A stretch of DNA of 64,000 nucleotides from Bugula neritina. Lineage: Eukaryota > Animalia > Bryozoa. The stretch lies in the NCBI GenBank assembly GCA_964035545.1, contig CAXIUT010000230.1, positions 558,001 through 622,000 on the forward strand. Direction: 5' to 3'. A program made the position numbers and the translations under genes. The notes beneath the pieces are model-generated. The model did not search any database, was not told the DNA's origin, and saw nothing but the letters and a program-made list of their open reading frames with translations. Shown piece after piece: positions 32,579 through 49,099 of this stretch (position 1 is its first letter; each line of letters opens with the position of its first letter).

Positions 32579-35500
32579 CTTACCTAAATATACGGTAATA
32601 TACTGAAATATACTGTAACACATTGAAAAATACTACAAAATACTGAAATACACTGCAACATACTACAACATACTGAAATACGCTGTAATACATTGAATAT
32701 ACTGCAACATACCTAAATATGCGGTAATATACTGAAATAAACTATAACACATTGAAAATACTGCAACATACTGAAATACACTGCAACACACCGAAATATA
32801 CTGCAAAATAAAACAACATACTGAAATACACTGTAACATATTGAAATACACTGTAACACATTGAAATATACTGCAACATACCGAGATATATTGTAAACTA
32901 CTGAAATATACTGTAACACATTGAAAAATACTGCAACATACTGAAATTTACTGCGACACATTGCAATATACTGTAACATACTGAAATACACTGTAACATA
33001 TTGAAATATACTGCAACATACTGCAATACACTGCAACATACTACAACATATTGAAAGACACTGCAACACATTGAAATACACTGTAACATACTGAAATATA
33101 CTGCAACATACTGAAATATACTGCTACATACTGAAATATACAGCAACACACTGCAACATACTGCAACATACTAAAATACACTGTAACATAATGAAATACA
33201 CTGCAACATACTGAAATACACTGCAAAATACTGAAATACACTGTAACATACTGAAATATACTGCAACATACTGAAATACACTGCTACATACTGAAATATA
33301 CGGCAACACACTGCAACATACTGAAACATACTGAAATACACTGTAACATACTGAAATTCACTGCAACATACTACAACATTTTGAAATACACTGCAACACA
33401 TTGAAATATACTGCAACATACCTAAATATACGGTAATATACCAAAATACACTGTAACATAATGAAAAATACTGCAACATACTGAAATACACTTCAACACA
33501 CTGAAAAACACTGCAAAATACTGTAACACACTGAATGATACTGCAAAATACTGAAATACACTGCTACAGACTGAAATATACTGCAACACACTGCAACATA
33601 CTGCAACATACTAAAATATGCTGCAACATACTGAAATACACTGCAAAAGACTGAAATACACTGTAACATACTGAAATACACTGCAAAATACTACAACATA
33701 TTGAAATACACTGCAATACATTGAAGTATACTGCAACATACCTAAATATACGGTAATATACTGAAATATACTGTAACACATTGAAAAATACTGCAAAATA
33801 CTGAAATACACTGTAACATACTGAAATATACTGCAACATACTGAAATACACTGCTACGTACTGAAATATACTGCAACATACTGCAACATACTAAAATACA
33901 CTGTAACATATTGAAATACACTGCAACACATTGAAATATACGGCAAAATACTGAAATACACTGCTACATACTGAAATATACTGCAACACACTGCAACATA
34001 CTGCAACATACTAAAATTTACTGCAACATACTGAAATACACTGCAGAATACTGAAATACACTGTAACATACTGAAATATACTGCAAAATACTGAAATACA
34101 CTGCTACATACTGAAAAATACTGCAACACACTGCGACATACTGCAACATACTAAAATACACTGTAACATATTGAAATACACTGCAACACATTGAAATATG
34201 CTGCAATGTACCGAAATATATGGTAAACTACTGAAATATACTGTCACACATTGAAAAATACTGACACATACTGAAATATACTGCGACACAGTGCAATATA
34301 CTGTAACATACTGAAATATGCTGTAGCACACTGAAATACACTGCAACTCACTGAAATATACTGCAACATACTGAAATACACTGTAACATATTGAAATATA
34401 CTGCAACATACTGCAATACACTGCAACATACTACAACATATTGAAAGACACTGCAACACATTGAAATACACTGTAACATACTGAAATATACTGCAACATA
34501 CTGAAATACACTGCAAAATACTGAAATACACTGTAACATACTGAAATACACTGCAAAATACTACAACATATTGAAATACACTGCAATACATTGAAGTATA
34601 CTGCAACATACCTAAATATACGGTAATATACTGAAATATACTGTAACACATTGAAAAATACTGCAAAATACTGAAATACACTGCAACATACTACAACATA
34701 CTGAAATACGCTGTAATACATTGAAATACACTGCAACACATTGAAATAAACTGTAACTCGCTGAAACATACTGTAACTCACTGAAATATAGTGTAATATA
34801 CGGAAATGTACTGTAAAATAATGGAATATACTGTAACACACTGAAATATACTGCAACATAATGAAATACACTGTAACATACTGAAATACACTGCAACATC
34901 CCGCAACATATTGAAATACACTGCAGCACACTGCAACATACTAAAATATACTGCAACATACTGAAATACACTGCAAAATACTGAAATATACTGCAACATA
35001 CTGCAACATACTAAAATACACTGTAACATATTGAAATACACTGCAACACATTGAAATATACGGCAAAATACTGAAATACACTGCTACATACTGAAATATA
35101 CTGCAACACACTGCAACATACTGCAACATACTAAAATTTACTGCAACATACTGAAATACACTGCAGAATACTGAAATACACTGTAACATACTGAAATATA
35201 CTGCGACACATTGCAATATACTGTAACATACTGAAATATGCTGTAGCACATTGAAATACACTGCAACTCACTGAAATATACTGCAACATACTGAAATACA
35301 CTGTAACATATTGAAATACACTGCAACATACTGAAATACAGTGCTACATACTGAAATATACTGCAACATACTGCAACATACTGAAATACACTGTAACAAA
35401 CTGAAATACACTGCAACATACTACAACATTTTGAAACACACTGCAACACATTGAAATATACTGCAACATTCCTAAATATACGATAATATATCAAAATATA

Positions 35501-38500
35501 CTGTAACACATTGAAAAATACTGCAACATACTGAAATACACTGCATTACACTGAAAAACATTGCAAAATACTGTAACACACTGAAATATACTGCAAAACA
35601 CTGAAATACACTGCTACATACTGAAATATACTGCAACACAGTGCAACATACTACAACATACTAAAATATACTGCAACATACTGAAATACACTGCAGAATA
35701 CTGATATACACTGTAACATACTGAAATACACTGCAAAATACTACAACACTTTGAAATACACTGCAATACATTGAAATATACTGCAACTTACCTAAATATA
35801 CGGTAATATACTGAAATATACTGTAACACATTGAAAAATACTACAAAATACTGAAATACACTGCAACATACTACAACATACTGAAATACGCTGTAATACA
35901 TTGAATATACTGCAACATACCTAAATATGCGGTAATATACTGAAATAAACTATAACACATTGAAAATACTGCAACATACTGAAATACACTGCAACACACC
36001 GAAATATACTGCAAAATAAAACAACATACTGAAATACACTGTAACATATTGAAATACACTGTAACACATTGAAATATACTGCAACATACCGAGATATATT
36101 GTAAACTACTGAAATATACTGTAACACATTGAAAAATACTGCAACATACTGAAATTTACTGCGACACATTGCAATATACTGTAACATACTGAAATACACT
36201 GTAACATATTGAAATATACTGCAACATACTGCAATACACTGCAACATACTACAACATATTGAAAGACACTGCAACACATTGAAATACACTGTAACATACT
36301 GAAATATACTGCAACATACTGAAATATACTGCTACATACTGAAATATACAGCAACACACTGCAACATACTGCAACATACTAAAATACACTGTAACATAAT
36401 GAAATACACTGCAACATACTGAAATACACTGCAAAATACTGAAATACACTGTAACATACTGAAATATACTGCAACATACTGAAATACACTGCTACATACT
36501 GAAATATACGGCAACACACTGCAACATACTGAAACATACTGAAATACACTGTAACATACTGAAATTCACTGCAACATACTACAACATTTTGAAATACACT
36601 GCAACACATTGAAATATACTGCAACATACCTAAATATACGGTAATATACCAAAATACACTGTAACATAATGAAAAATACTGCAACATACTGAAATACACT
36701 TCAACACACTGAAAAACACTGCAAAATACTGTAACACACTGAATGATACTGCAAAATACTGAAATACACTGCTACAGACTGAAATATACTGCAACACACT
36801 GCAACATACTGCAACATACTAAAATATGCTGCAACATACTGAAATACACTGCAAAAGACTGAAATACACTGTAACATACTGAAATACACTGCAAAATACT
36901 ACAACATATTGAAATACACTGCAATACATTGAAGTATACTGCAACATACCTAAATATACGGTAATATACTGAAATATACTGTAACACATTGAAAAATACT
37001 GCAAAATACTGAAATACACTGTAACATACTGAAATATACTGCAACATACTGAAATACACTGCTACGTACTGAAATATACTGCAACATACTGCAACATACT
37101 AAAATACACTGTAACATATTGAAATACACTGCAACACATTGAAATATACGGCAAAATACTGAAATACACTGCTACATACTGAAATATACTGCAACACACT
37201 GCAACATACTGCAACATACTAAAATTTACTGCAACATACTGAAATACACTGCAGAATACTGAAATACACTGTAACATACTGAAATATACTGCAAAATACT
37301 GAAATACACTGCTACATACTGAAAAATACTGCAACACACTGCGACATACTGCAACATACTAAAATACACTGTAACATATTGAAATACACTGCAACACATT
37401 GAAATATGCTGCAATGTACCGAAATATATGGTAAACTACTGAAATATACTGTCACACATTGAAAAATACTGACACATACTGAAATATACTGCGACACAGT
37501 GCAATATACTGTAACATACTGAAATATGCTGTAGCACACTGAAATACACTGCAACTCACTGAAATATACTGCAACATACTGAAATACACTGTAACATATT
37601 GAAATATACTGCAACATACTGCAATACACTGCAACATACTACAACATATTGAAAGACACTGCAACACATTGAAATACACTGTAACATACTGAAATATACT
37701 GCAACATACTGAAATACACTGCAAAATACTGAAATACACTGTAACATACTGAAATACACTGCAAAATACTACAACATATTGAAATACACTGCAATACATT
37801 GAAGTATACTGCAACATACCTAAATATACGGTAATATACTGAAATATACTGTAACACATTGAAAAATACTGCAAAATACTGAAATACACTGCAACATACT
37901 ACAACATACTGAAATACGCTGTAATACATTGAAATACACTGCAACACATTGAAATAAACTGTAACTCGCTGAAACATACTGTAACTCACTGAAATATAGT
38001 GTAATATACGGAAATGTACTGTAAAATAATGGAATATACTGTAACACACTGAAATATACTGCAACATAATGAAATACACTGTAACATACTGAAATACACT
38101 GCAACATCCCGCAACATATTGAAATACACTGCAGCACACTGCAACATACTAAAATATACTGCAACATACTGAAATACACTGCAAAATACTGAAATATACT
38201 GCAACATACTGCAACATACTAAAATACACTGTAACATATTGAAATACACTGCAACACATTGAAATATACGGCAAAATACTGAAATACACTGCTACATACT
38301 GAAATATACTGCAACACACTGCAACATACTGCAACATACTAAAATTTACTGCAACATACTGAAATACACTGCAGAATACTGAAATACACTGTAACATACT
38401 GAAATATACTGCGACACATTGCAATATACTGTAACATACTGAAATATGCTGTAGCACATTGAAATACACTGCAACTCACTGAAATATACTGCAACATACT

Positions 38501-40229
38501 GAAATACACTGTAACATATTGAAATACACTGCAACATACTGAAATACAGTGCTACATACTGAAATATACTGCAACATACTGCAACATACTGAAATACACT
38601 GTAACAAACTGAAATACACTGCAACATACTACAACATTTTGAAACACACTGCAACACATTGAAATATACTGCAACATTCCTAAATATACGATAATATATC
38701 AAAATATACTGTAACACATTGAAAAATACTGCAACATACTGAAATACACTGCATTACACTGAAAAACATTGCAAAATACTGTAACACACTGAAATATACT
38801 GCAAAACACTGAAATACACTGCTACATACTGAAATATACTGCAACACAGTGCAACATACTACAACATACTAAAATATACTGCAACATACTGAAATACACT
38901 GCAGAATACTGATATACACTGTAACATACTGAAATACACTGCAAAATACTACAACACTTTGAAATACACTGCAATACATTGAAATATACTGCAACTTACC
39001 TAAATATACGGTAATATACTGAAATATACTGTAACACATTGAAAAATACTACAAAATACTGAAATACACTGCAACATACTACAACATACTGAAATACGCT
39101 GTAATACATTGAATATACTGCAACATACCTAAATATGCGGTAATATACTGAAATAAACTATAACACATTGAAAATACTGCAACATACTGAAATACACTGC
39201 AACACACCGAAATATACTGCAAAATAAAACAACATACTGAAATACACTGTAACATATTGAAATACACTGTAACACATTGAAATATACTGCAACATACCGA
39301 GATATATTGTAAACTACTGAAATATACTGTAACACATTGAAAAATACTGCAACATACTGAAATTTACTGCGACACATTGCAATATACTGTAACATACTGA
39401 AATACACTGTAACATATTGAAATATACTGCAACATACTGCAATACACTGCAACATACTACAACATATTGAAAGACACTGCAACACATTGAAATACACTGT
39501 AACATACTGAAATATACTGCAACATACTGAAATATACTGCTACATACTGAAATATACAGCAACACACTGCAACATACTGCAACATACTAAAATACACTGT
39601 AACATAATGAAATACACTGCAACATACTGAAATACACTGCAAAATACTGAAATACACTGTAACATACTGAAATATACTGCAACATACTGAAATACACTGC
39701 TACATACTGAAATATACGGCAACACACTGCAACATACTGAAACATACTGAAATACACTGTAACATACTGAAATTCACTGCAACATACTACAACATTTTGA
39801 AATACACTGCAACACATTGAAATATACTGCAACATACCTAAATATACGGTAATATACCAAAATACACTGTAACATAATGAAAAATACTGCAACATACTGA
39901 AATACACTTCAACACACTGAAAAACACTGCAAAATACTGTAACACACTGAATGATACTGCAAAATACTGAAATACACTGCTACATACTGAAATATACTGC
40001 AACACACTGCAACATACTGCAACATACTAAAATATGCTGCAACATACTGAAATACACTGCAAAATACTGAAATACACTGTAACATACTGAAATACACTGC
40101 AAAATACTACAACATATTGAAATACACTGCAATACATTGAAGTATACTGCAACATACCTAAATATACGGTAATATACTGAAATATACTGTAACACATTGA
40201 AAAATACTGCAAAATACTGAAATACACTG
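31283..40229 (+). repeat. Higher-order repeat, period 3208 bp (~2.8 periods), built on a 2338-bp unit
   Basis: The marker AAATAAAACAAC occurs at 32806, 36014 and 39222. ORF-track series 32663/35871/39079 and 31404/34612/37820 share the period. A 2338-bp offset is seen at 30703/33041 and 39079/41417. Confidence 0.93.
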
Positions 40230-41353
40230 CAACATACTACAACATACTGAAATACGCTGTAATACATTGAAATACACTGCAACACATTGAAATAAACTGT
40301 AACTCGCTGAAACATACTGTAACTCACTGAAATATAGTGTAATATACGGAAATGTACTGTAAAATAATGGAATATACTGTAACATACTGAAATATACTGC
40401 AACATAATGAAATACACTGTAACATACTGAAATACACTGCAACATCCCGCAACATATTGAAATACACTGCAGCACACTGCAACATACTAAAATATACTGC
40501 AACATACTGAAATACACTGCAAAATACTGAAATATACTGCAACATACTGCAACATACTAAAATACACTGTAACATATTGAAATACACTGCAACACATTGA
40601 AATATACGGCAAAATACTGAAATACACTGCTACATACTGAAATATACTGCAACACACTGCAACATACTGCAACATACTAAAATTTACTGCAACATACTGA
40701 AATACACTGCAGAATACTGAAATACACTGTAACATACTGAAATATACTGCGACACATTGCAATATACTGTAACATACTGAAATATGCTGTAGCACATTGA
40801 AATACACTGCAACTCACTGAAATATACTGCAACATACTGAAATACACTGTAACATATTGAAATACACTGCAACATACTGAAATACAGTGCTACATACTGA
40901 AATATACTGCAACATACTGCAACATACTGAAATACACTGTAACAAACTGAAATACACTGCAACATACTACAACATTTTGAAACACACTGCAACACATTGA
41001 AATATACTGCAACATTTCTAAATATACGGTAATATATCAAAATATACTGTAACACATTGAACAATACTGCAACATACTGAAATACACTGCATTACACTGA
41101 AAAACATTGCAAAATACTGTAACACACTGAAATATACTGCAAAACACTGAAATACACTGCTACATACTGAAATATACTGCAACACAGTGCAACATACTAC
41201 AACATACTAAAATATACTGCAACATACTGAAATACACTGCAGAATACTGATATACACTGTAACATACTGAAATACACTGCAAAATACTACAACATTTTGA
41301 AATACACTGCAATACATTGAAATATACTGCAACTTACCTAAATATACGGTAAT

Positions 41354-44300
41354 ATACTGAAATATACTGTAACACATTGAAAAATACTACAAAATACTGA
41401 AATACACTGCAACATACTACAACATACTGAAATACGCTGTAATACATTGAATATACTGCAACATACCTAAATATGCGGTAATATACTGAAATAAACTATA
41501 ACACATTGAAAATACTGCAACATACTGAAATACACTGCAACACACCGAAATATACTGCAAAATAAAACAACATACTGAAATACACTGTAACATATTGAAA
41601 TACACTGTAACACATTGAAATATACTGCAACATACCGAGATATATTGTAAACTACTGAAATATACTGTAACACATTGAAAAATACTGCAACATACTGAAA
41701 TTTACTGCGACACATTGCAATATACTGTAACATATTGAAATATGCTGTAGCACACTGAAATACACTGCAACTCACTGAAATATACTGCAAAATACTGAAA
41801 TACACTAAAACATATTGAAAAATACTGCAACATACTGAAATCCACTGTAACATACTGAAATACACTGCCAAATACTACAATATATTGAAATACACTGCAA
41901 CGAACCTAAATGTACGGTAAGATACTGAAATATACTGTAACACATTAAAAAGTACAGCAACATACTGAAAGATACTGCAAGATACTGCAACATACTAAAA
42001 TACACTGTAACATAATGAAACACACTGCAACATACTGCATTATACTGACATACACTGGAACATAATGAAATACACTGCAACAAATTGAAGTATACTGCAA
42101 CACACCGAAACATACGGCAACATACTGAAATATACTGCGACAGATTGAAATGTACAGCAACATACTGAAATATACTGCGACACATTGCAATATACTGCAA
42201 CATACTGAAATACGCGGTAATATATTAAAATACACTGCAACACATTGAAATATACTGTAATTCGCTGAAAAATAGTGTAATATACGGAAATGTACTGTAA
42301 CATACTGGAATATACTGTAACACACTGAAGTATACTGCAACATACTGAAATGCAGTGCTACATACTGAAATATAGTGCAACATACTGCAACATACTGAAA
42401 TACACTGTAACATACTGAAATACACTGCAACATACTACAACATACTGAAATACACTGCTACATACTGAAATATACTACTACATACTGCAACATTTGGCAA
42501 CATACTGAAATATACTGCGACACATTGCAATATACTGAAACATACTGAAATATGCTGTAGCACACTGAAATACACTGCAACTCACTGAAATATACTGCAA
42601 CATACTGAAATACACTGTGACATACTGAAATATACTGCGACATACTGCACCATACTGAAATACACTGTAACATACTGAAATACACTGCAACACATTGAAA
42701 TATACTGCAAAATACTGAAATACACTGCTACATACTGAAATATACTGCAACACACTGCAACATACTGCAACATACTGAAATATACTGCGACACATTGCAA
42801 TATACTCTAACATACTGAAATACAGTGCTACATACTGAAATATACTGCAACATACCGAAATACACTGTAACATGTTGAAATATACTGCAACATACCTAAA
42901 TATACGGTAATATACCAAAATATACTGTAACACATTGAAAAATACTGCAACATACTGAAATACACTGCAACCTCTGAAAAACACTGCCAAATACTGTAAC
43001 ACACTCAAATATACTGCAAAACACCGAAATACACTGCTACATACTGAAATATACTGCAACACACTGCAACATACTGCAACATACTAAAATATACTGCAAC
43101 ATACTGAAATACACTGCAAAATACTGAAATACACTGTAACATACTGAAATATACTGCGACACATTGCAATATACTGTAACATACTGAAATATGCTGTAGC
43201 ACACTGAAATACACTGAAACTCACTGAAATATACTGCAACATACTGAAATACACTGTAACATATTGAAATATGCTGCAACATACTGCAACATACTGAAAT
43301 ACACTGGAACATATTGAAATACACTGCAACAAATTGAAGTATACTGCAACACACTGAAACACACTGAAATACACCGCAAAACACTACAACATACTGAAAC
43401 ATACTGCAACATACTGAAATACACTACTACATACTGAAATATACTGCAACATACTGCACCATACTGAAATACACTGTAACATACTGAAATACACTGCAAC
43501 ATAATACAATATATTGAAATACACTGCGACACATTGAAATATACTGCAACATACTGAAATATACTGCGACACATTGCAATATACTGTAACATACTAAAAT
43601 ATACTGCAACATACTGAAATACACTGCAAAATACTACAACATACTGAAATATACTGTAACACATTGAAAAATACTACAAAATACTGAAATACACTGCAAC
43701 ATACTACAAAATACTGAAATACGCTGTAATACATTGAATATACTGCAACATATCTAAATATGCGGTAATATACTGAAATAAACTATAACACATTGAAAAT
43801 ACTGCAACATACTGAAATACACTGCAACACACCGAAATATACTGCAAAATAAAACAACATACTGAAATACACTGTAACATATTGAAATACACTGTAACAC
43901 ATTGAAATATACTGCAACATACCGAGATATATTGTAAACTACTGAAATATACTGTAACACATTGAAAAATACTGCAACATACTGAAATTTACTGCGACAC
44001 ATTGCAATATACTGTAACATACTGAAATATGCTGTAGCACACTGAAATACACTGCAACTCACTGAAATATACTGCAAAATACTGAAATACACTAAAACAT
44101 ATTGAAAAATACTGCAACATACTGAAATACACTGTAACATACTGAAATACACTGCCAAATACTACAACATATTGAAATACACTGCAACGAACCTAAATGT
44201 ACGGTAAGATACTGAAATATACTGTAACACATTAAAAAGTACAGCAACATACTGAAAGATACTGCAAGATACTGCAACATACTAAAATACACTGTAACAT

Positions 44301-45763
44301 AATGAAACACACTGCAACATACTGCATTATACTGACATACACTGGAACATAATGAAATACACTGCAACAAATTGAAGTATACTGCAACACACCGAAACAT
44401 ACGGCAACATACTGAAATATACTGCGACAGATTGAAATGTACAGCAACATACTGAAATATACTGCGACACATTGCAATATACTGCAACATACTGAAATAC
44501 GCGGTAATATATTGAAATACACTGCAACACATTGAAATATACTGTAACTCGCTGAAATATAGTGTAATATACGGAAATGTACTGTAACATACTGGAACAT
44601 ACTGTAACACACTGAAGTATACTGCAACATACTGAAATGCAGTGCTACATACTGAAATATACTGCAACATACTGCAACATACTGAAATACACTGTAACAT
44701 ACTGAAATACACTGCAACATACTACAACATACTGAAATACACTGCTACATACTGAAATATACTACTACATACTGCAACATTTGGCAACATACTGAAATAT
44801 ACTGCGACACATTGCAATATACTGAAACATACTGAAATATGCTGTAGCACACTGAAATACACTGCAACTCACTGAAATATACTGCAACATACTGAAATAC
44901 ACTGTGACATACTGAAATATACTGCGACATACTGCACCATACTGAAATACACTGTAACATACTGAAATACACTGCAACACATTAAAATATACTGCAAAAT
45001 ACTGAAATACACTGCTACATACTGAAATATACTGCAACACACTGCAACATACTGCAACATACTGAAATATACTGCGACACATTGCAATATACTCTAACAT
45101 ACTGAAATACAGTGCTACATACTGAAATATACTGCAACATACCAAAATACACTGTAACATGTTGAAATATACTGCAACATACCTAAATATACGGTAATAT
45201 ACCAAAATATACTGTAACACATTGAAAAATACTGCAACATACTGAAATACACTGCAACCTCTGAAAAACACTGCAAAATACTGTAACACACTCAAATATA
45301 CTGCAAAACACCGAAATACACTGCTACATACTGAAATATACTGCAACACACTGCAACATACTGCAACATACTAAAATATACTGCAACATACTGAAATACA
45401 CTGCAAAATACTGAAATACACTGTAACATACTGAAATATACTGCGACACATTGCAATATACTGTAACATACTGAAATATGCTGTAGCACACTGAAATACA
45501 CTGAAACTCACTGAAATATACTGCAACATACTGAAATACACTGTAACATATTGAAATATACTGCAACATACTGCAACATACTGAAATACACTGGAACATA
45601 TTGAAATACACTGCAACAAATTGAAGTATACTGCAACACACTGAAACACACTGAAATACACCGCAAAACACTACAACATACTGAAACATACTGCAACATA
45701 CTGAAATACACTACTACATACTGGAATATACTGCAACATACTGCACCATACTGAAATACACTG
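41354..45763 (+). repeat. Two adjacent related segments, offset 2287 bp
   Basis: Markers AAATAAAACAAC 41560/43847 and CCTCTG 42971/45258; ORF-track pairs 41417/43704, 42458/44745 and 43221/45508. Confidence 0.88.
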
Positions 45764-47282
45764 CAACATACTGAAATACACTGTAACATACTGAAATTCA
45801 CTGCAACATACTACAACATTTTGAAATACACTGCAGCACATTGAAATATACTGCAACATACCTAAATATACGGTAATATACCAAAATATACTGTAACATC
45901 TTGAAAATTACTGCAACATACTGAAATACACTTCAACACACTGAAAAACACTGCAAAATACTGTAACACACTGAAATATACTGCAAAAAACTGAAATACA
46001 CTGCTACATACTGAAATATACTGCAACACAGTGCAACATACTGCAACATACTAAAATATACTGCAACATACTGAAATACACTGCAAAATACTGAAATACA
46101 CTGTAACATACTGAAATACACTGCAAAATACTACAACATACTGAAATACACTGCAATACATTGAAAAATACTGCAAAATACCGAAATACACTGCAACATA
46201 CTACAACATACTGAAATACGCTGTAATACATTGAAATACACTGCAACACATTGAAATATACTCTAACTCGCTGAAACATACTGTAACTCACTGAAATATA
46301 GTGTAATATACGGAAATATACTGTAAAATACTGGAATATACTGTAACACACTGAAATATACTGCAACATAATGAAATACACTGTAACATACTGAAATACA
46401 CTGCAACATCCCGCAACATATTGAAATACACTGCAGCACACTGCAACATACTGCAACATACTAACATATACTGCAACATACTGAAATACACTGCAAAATA
46501 CTGAAATACACTGTAACATACTGAAATATACTGCAACATACTGCAACATACTAAAATACACTGTAACATATTGAAATACACTGCAACACATTGAAATATA
46601 CGGCAAAATACTGAAATACACTGCTACATACTGAAATATACTGCAACACACTGCAACATACTGCAACATACTAAAATTTACTGCAACATACTGAAATACA
46701 CTGCAGAATACTGAAATACACTGTAACATACTGAAATATACTGCAAAATACTGAAATACACTGCTACATACTGAAAAATACTGCAACACACTGCGATATA
46801 CTGCAACATACTAAAATACACTGTAACATATTGAAATACACTGCAACACATTGAAATATGCTGCAATGTACCGAAATATATGGTAAACTACTGAAATATA
46901 CTGTCACACATTGAAAAATACTGACACATACTGAAATATACTGCGACACAGTGCAATATACTGTAACATACTGAAATATGCTGTAGCACACTGAAATACA
47001 CTGCAACTCACTGAAATATACTGCAACATACTGAAATACACTGTAACATATTGAAATATACTGCAACATACTGCAATACACTGCAACATACTACAACATA
47101 TTGAAAGACACTGCAACACATTGAAATATACTGCAACATACCTAAATATACGGTAATATACCAAAATAAACTGTTCCACATTGAAAAATACTGCAACATA
47201 CTGAAATACACTGCAACACACTGAAAAACACTGCAAAATACTGTAACACACTGAAATATACTGCAAAATACTGAAATACACT

Positions 47283-47950
47283 GCTACATACTGAAATATA
47301 CTGCAACACACTGCAACATACTGCAACATGCTAAAATATACTGCAACATAGTGAAATACACTGCAAAATACTGAAATACACTGTAACATACTGAAATATA
47401 CTGCAACATACTGAAGTACACTCCTACATACTGAAATATACTGCAACTCACTGCAACATACTGCAACATACTAAAATACACTGTAACATATTGAAATACA
47501 CTGCAACGCATTGAAATATACTGCAAAATACTGAAATACACTGCTACACACTGAAATATACTGCAACACACGGCAACATAATGCAACATACTAAAATAAA
47601 CTGCAACATACTGAAATACACTGCAAAATACTGAAATACACTGTAACATACTGAAATATACTGCAACATACTGAAATATACTGCTACATACTGAAATATA
47701 CTGCAACACACTGCAACATACTGCAACAAACTAAAATACACTGTAACATAATGAAATACACTGCAACACATTGAAATATACTGCAAAATACAGAAATACA
47801 CTGCTATATACTGAAATATACTGCAACACACTGCAACATACTGCAACATACTAAAATATACTGCAACATACTGAAATACACTGCAAAATACTGAAATACA
47901 CTGTAACATACTGAAACATACTGCAACATACGGAAATACACTGCTACATA
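47283..47950 (+). repeat. Intermediate-scale module: alternating 140/120-bp units (260-bp dimer), each starting at a GCTA/CCTA variant monomer
   Basis: The variant occurs at 47283, 47423, 47543, 47683, 47803 and 47943. Each is followed by one B monomer, usually a run of three A monomers, and then ACTAAAAT. The same module appears at 4857, 4997, 5117, 5257 and 5417. Confidence 0.8.
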
Positions 47951-49099
47951 CTGAAATATACGGCAACACACTGCAACATACTGAAACATACTAAAATACA
48001 CTGTAACATATTGAAATACACTGCAACACAGTGAAATCTACTGCAATGTGCCGAAATATATGGTAAACTACTGAAATATACTGTCACATATTGAAAAATA
48101 CTGCAACATACTGAAATATACTGCGACACATTGCAATATACTGTAACATACTGAAATATGCTGTAGCACATTGAAATACACTGCAACTCACTGAAATATA
48201 CTGCAACATACTGAAATACACTGTAACATATTGAAATACACTGCAACATACTGAAATACAGTGCTACATACTGAAATATACTGCAACATACTGCAACATA
48301 CTGAAATACACTGTAACAAACTGAAATACACTGCAACATACTACAACATTTTAAAACACACTGCAACACATTGAAATATACTGCAACATAACTAAATGTA
48401 CGGTAATATACCAAAATATACTGTAACACATTGAAAAATACTGCAACATACTGAAATACACTGCAACACACTGAAAAACACTGCAAAATACTGTAACACA
48501 CTGAAATATACTGCAAAACACTGAAATACACTGCTACATACTGAAATATATTGCAACACAATGCAACATACTGCAACATACTAAAATATACTGCAACATA
48601 CTGAAAAACACTGCAAAATACTGATATACACTGTAACATACTGAAATACACTGCAAAATACTACAACATTTTGAAATACACTGCAATACATTGAAATATA
48701 CTGCAACATACCTAAATATACGGTAATATACTGAAATATACTGTAACACATTGAAAAACACTACAAAATACTGAAATACACTGCAACATACTACAACATA
48801 CTGAAATACGCTGTAATACATTGAAATCCATTGCAACACATTGAAATGTACTGTAACTCGCTGAAACATACTGTAACTCACTGAAATATAGTGTAATATA
48901 CGGAAATGTACTGTAAAATACTGGAATATAATGTAACACACTGAAATATACTGCAACATACTGAAATACACTGTAACATACTGAAATATACTGCAACATC
49001 CTGCAACATACTGAAATACACTGTAACATGCTGAAATACACTGCAACATCCTACAAGATACTGAAATACACTGTAACATATTGAAGTACACTGCAACAC

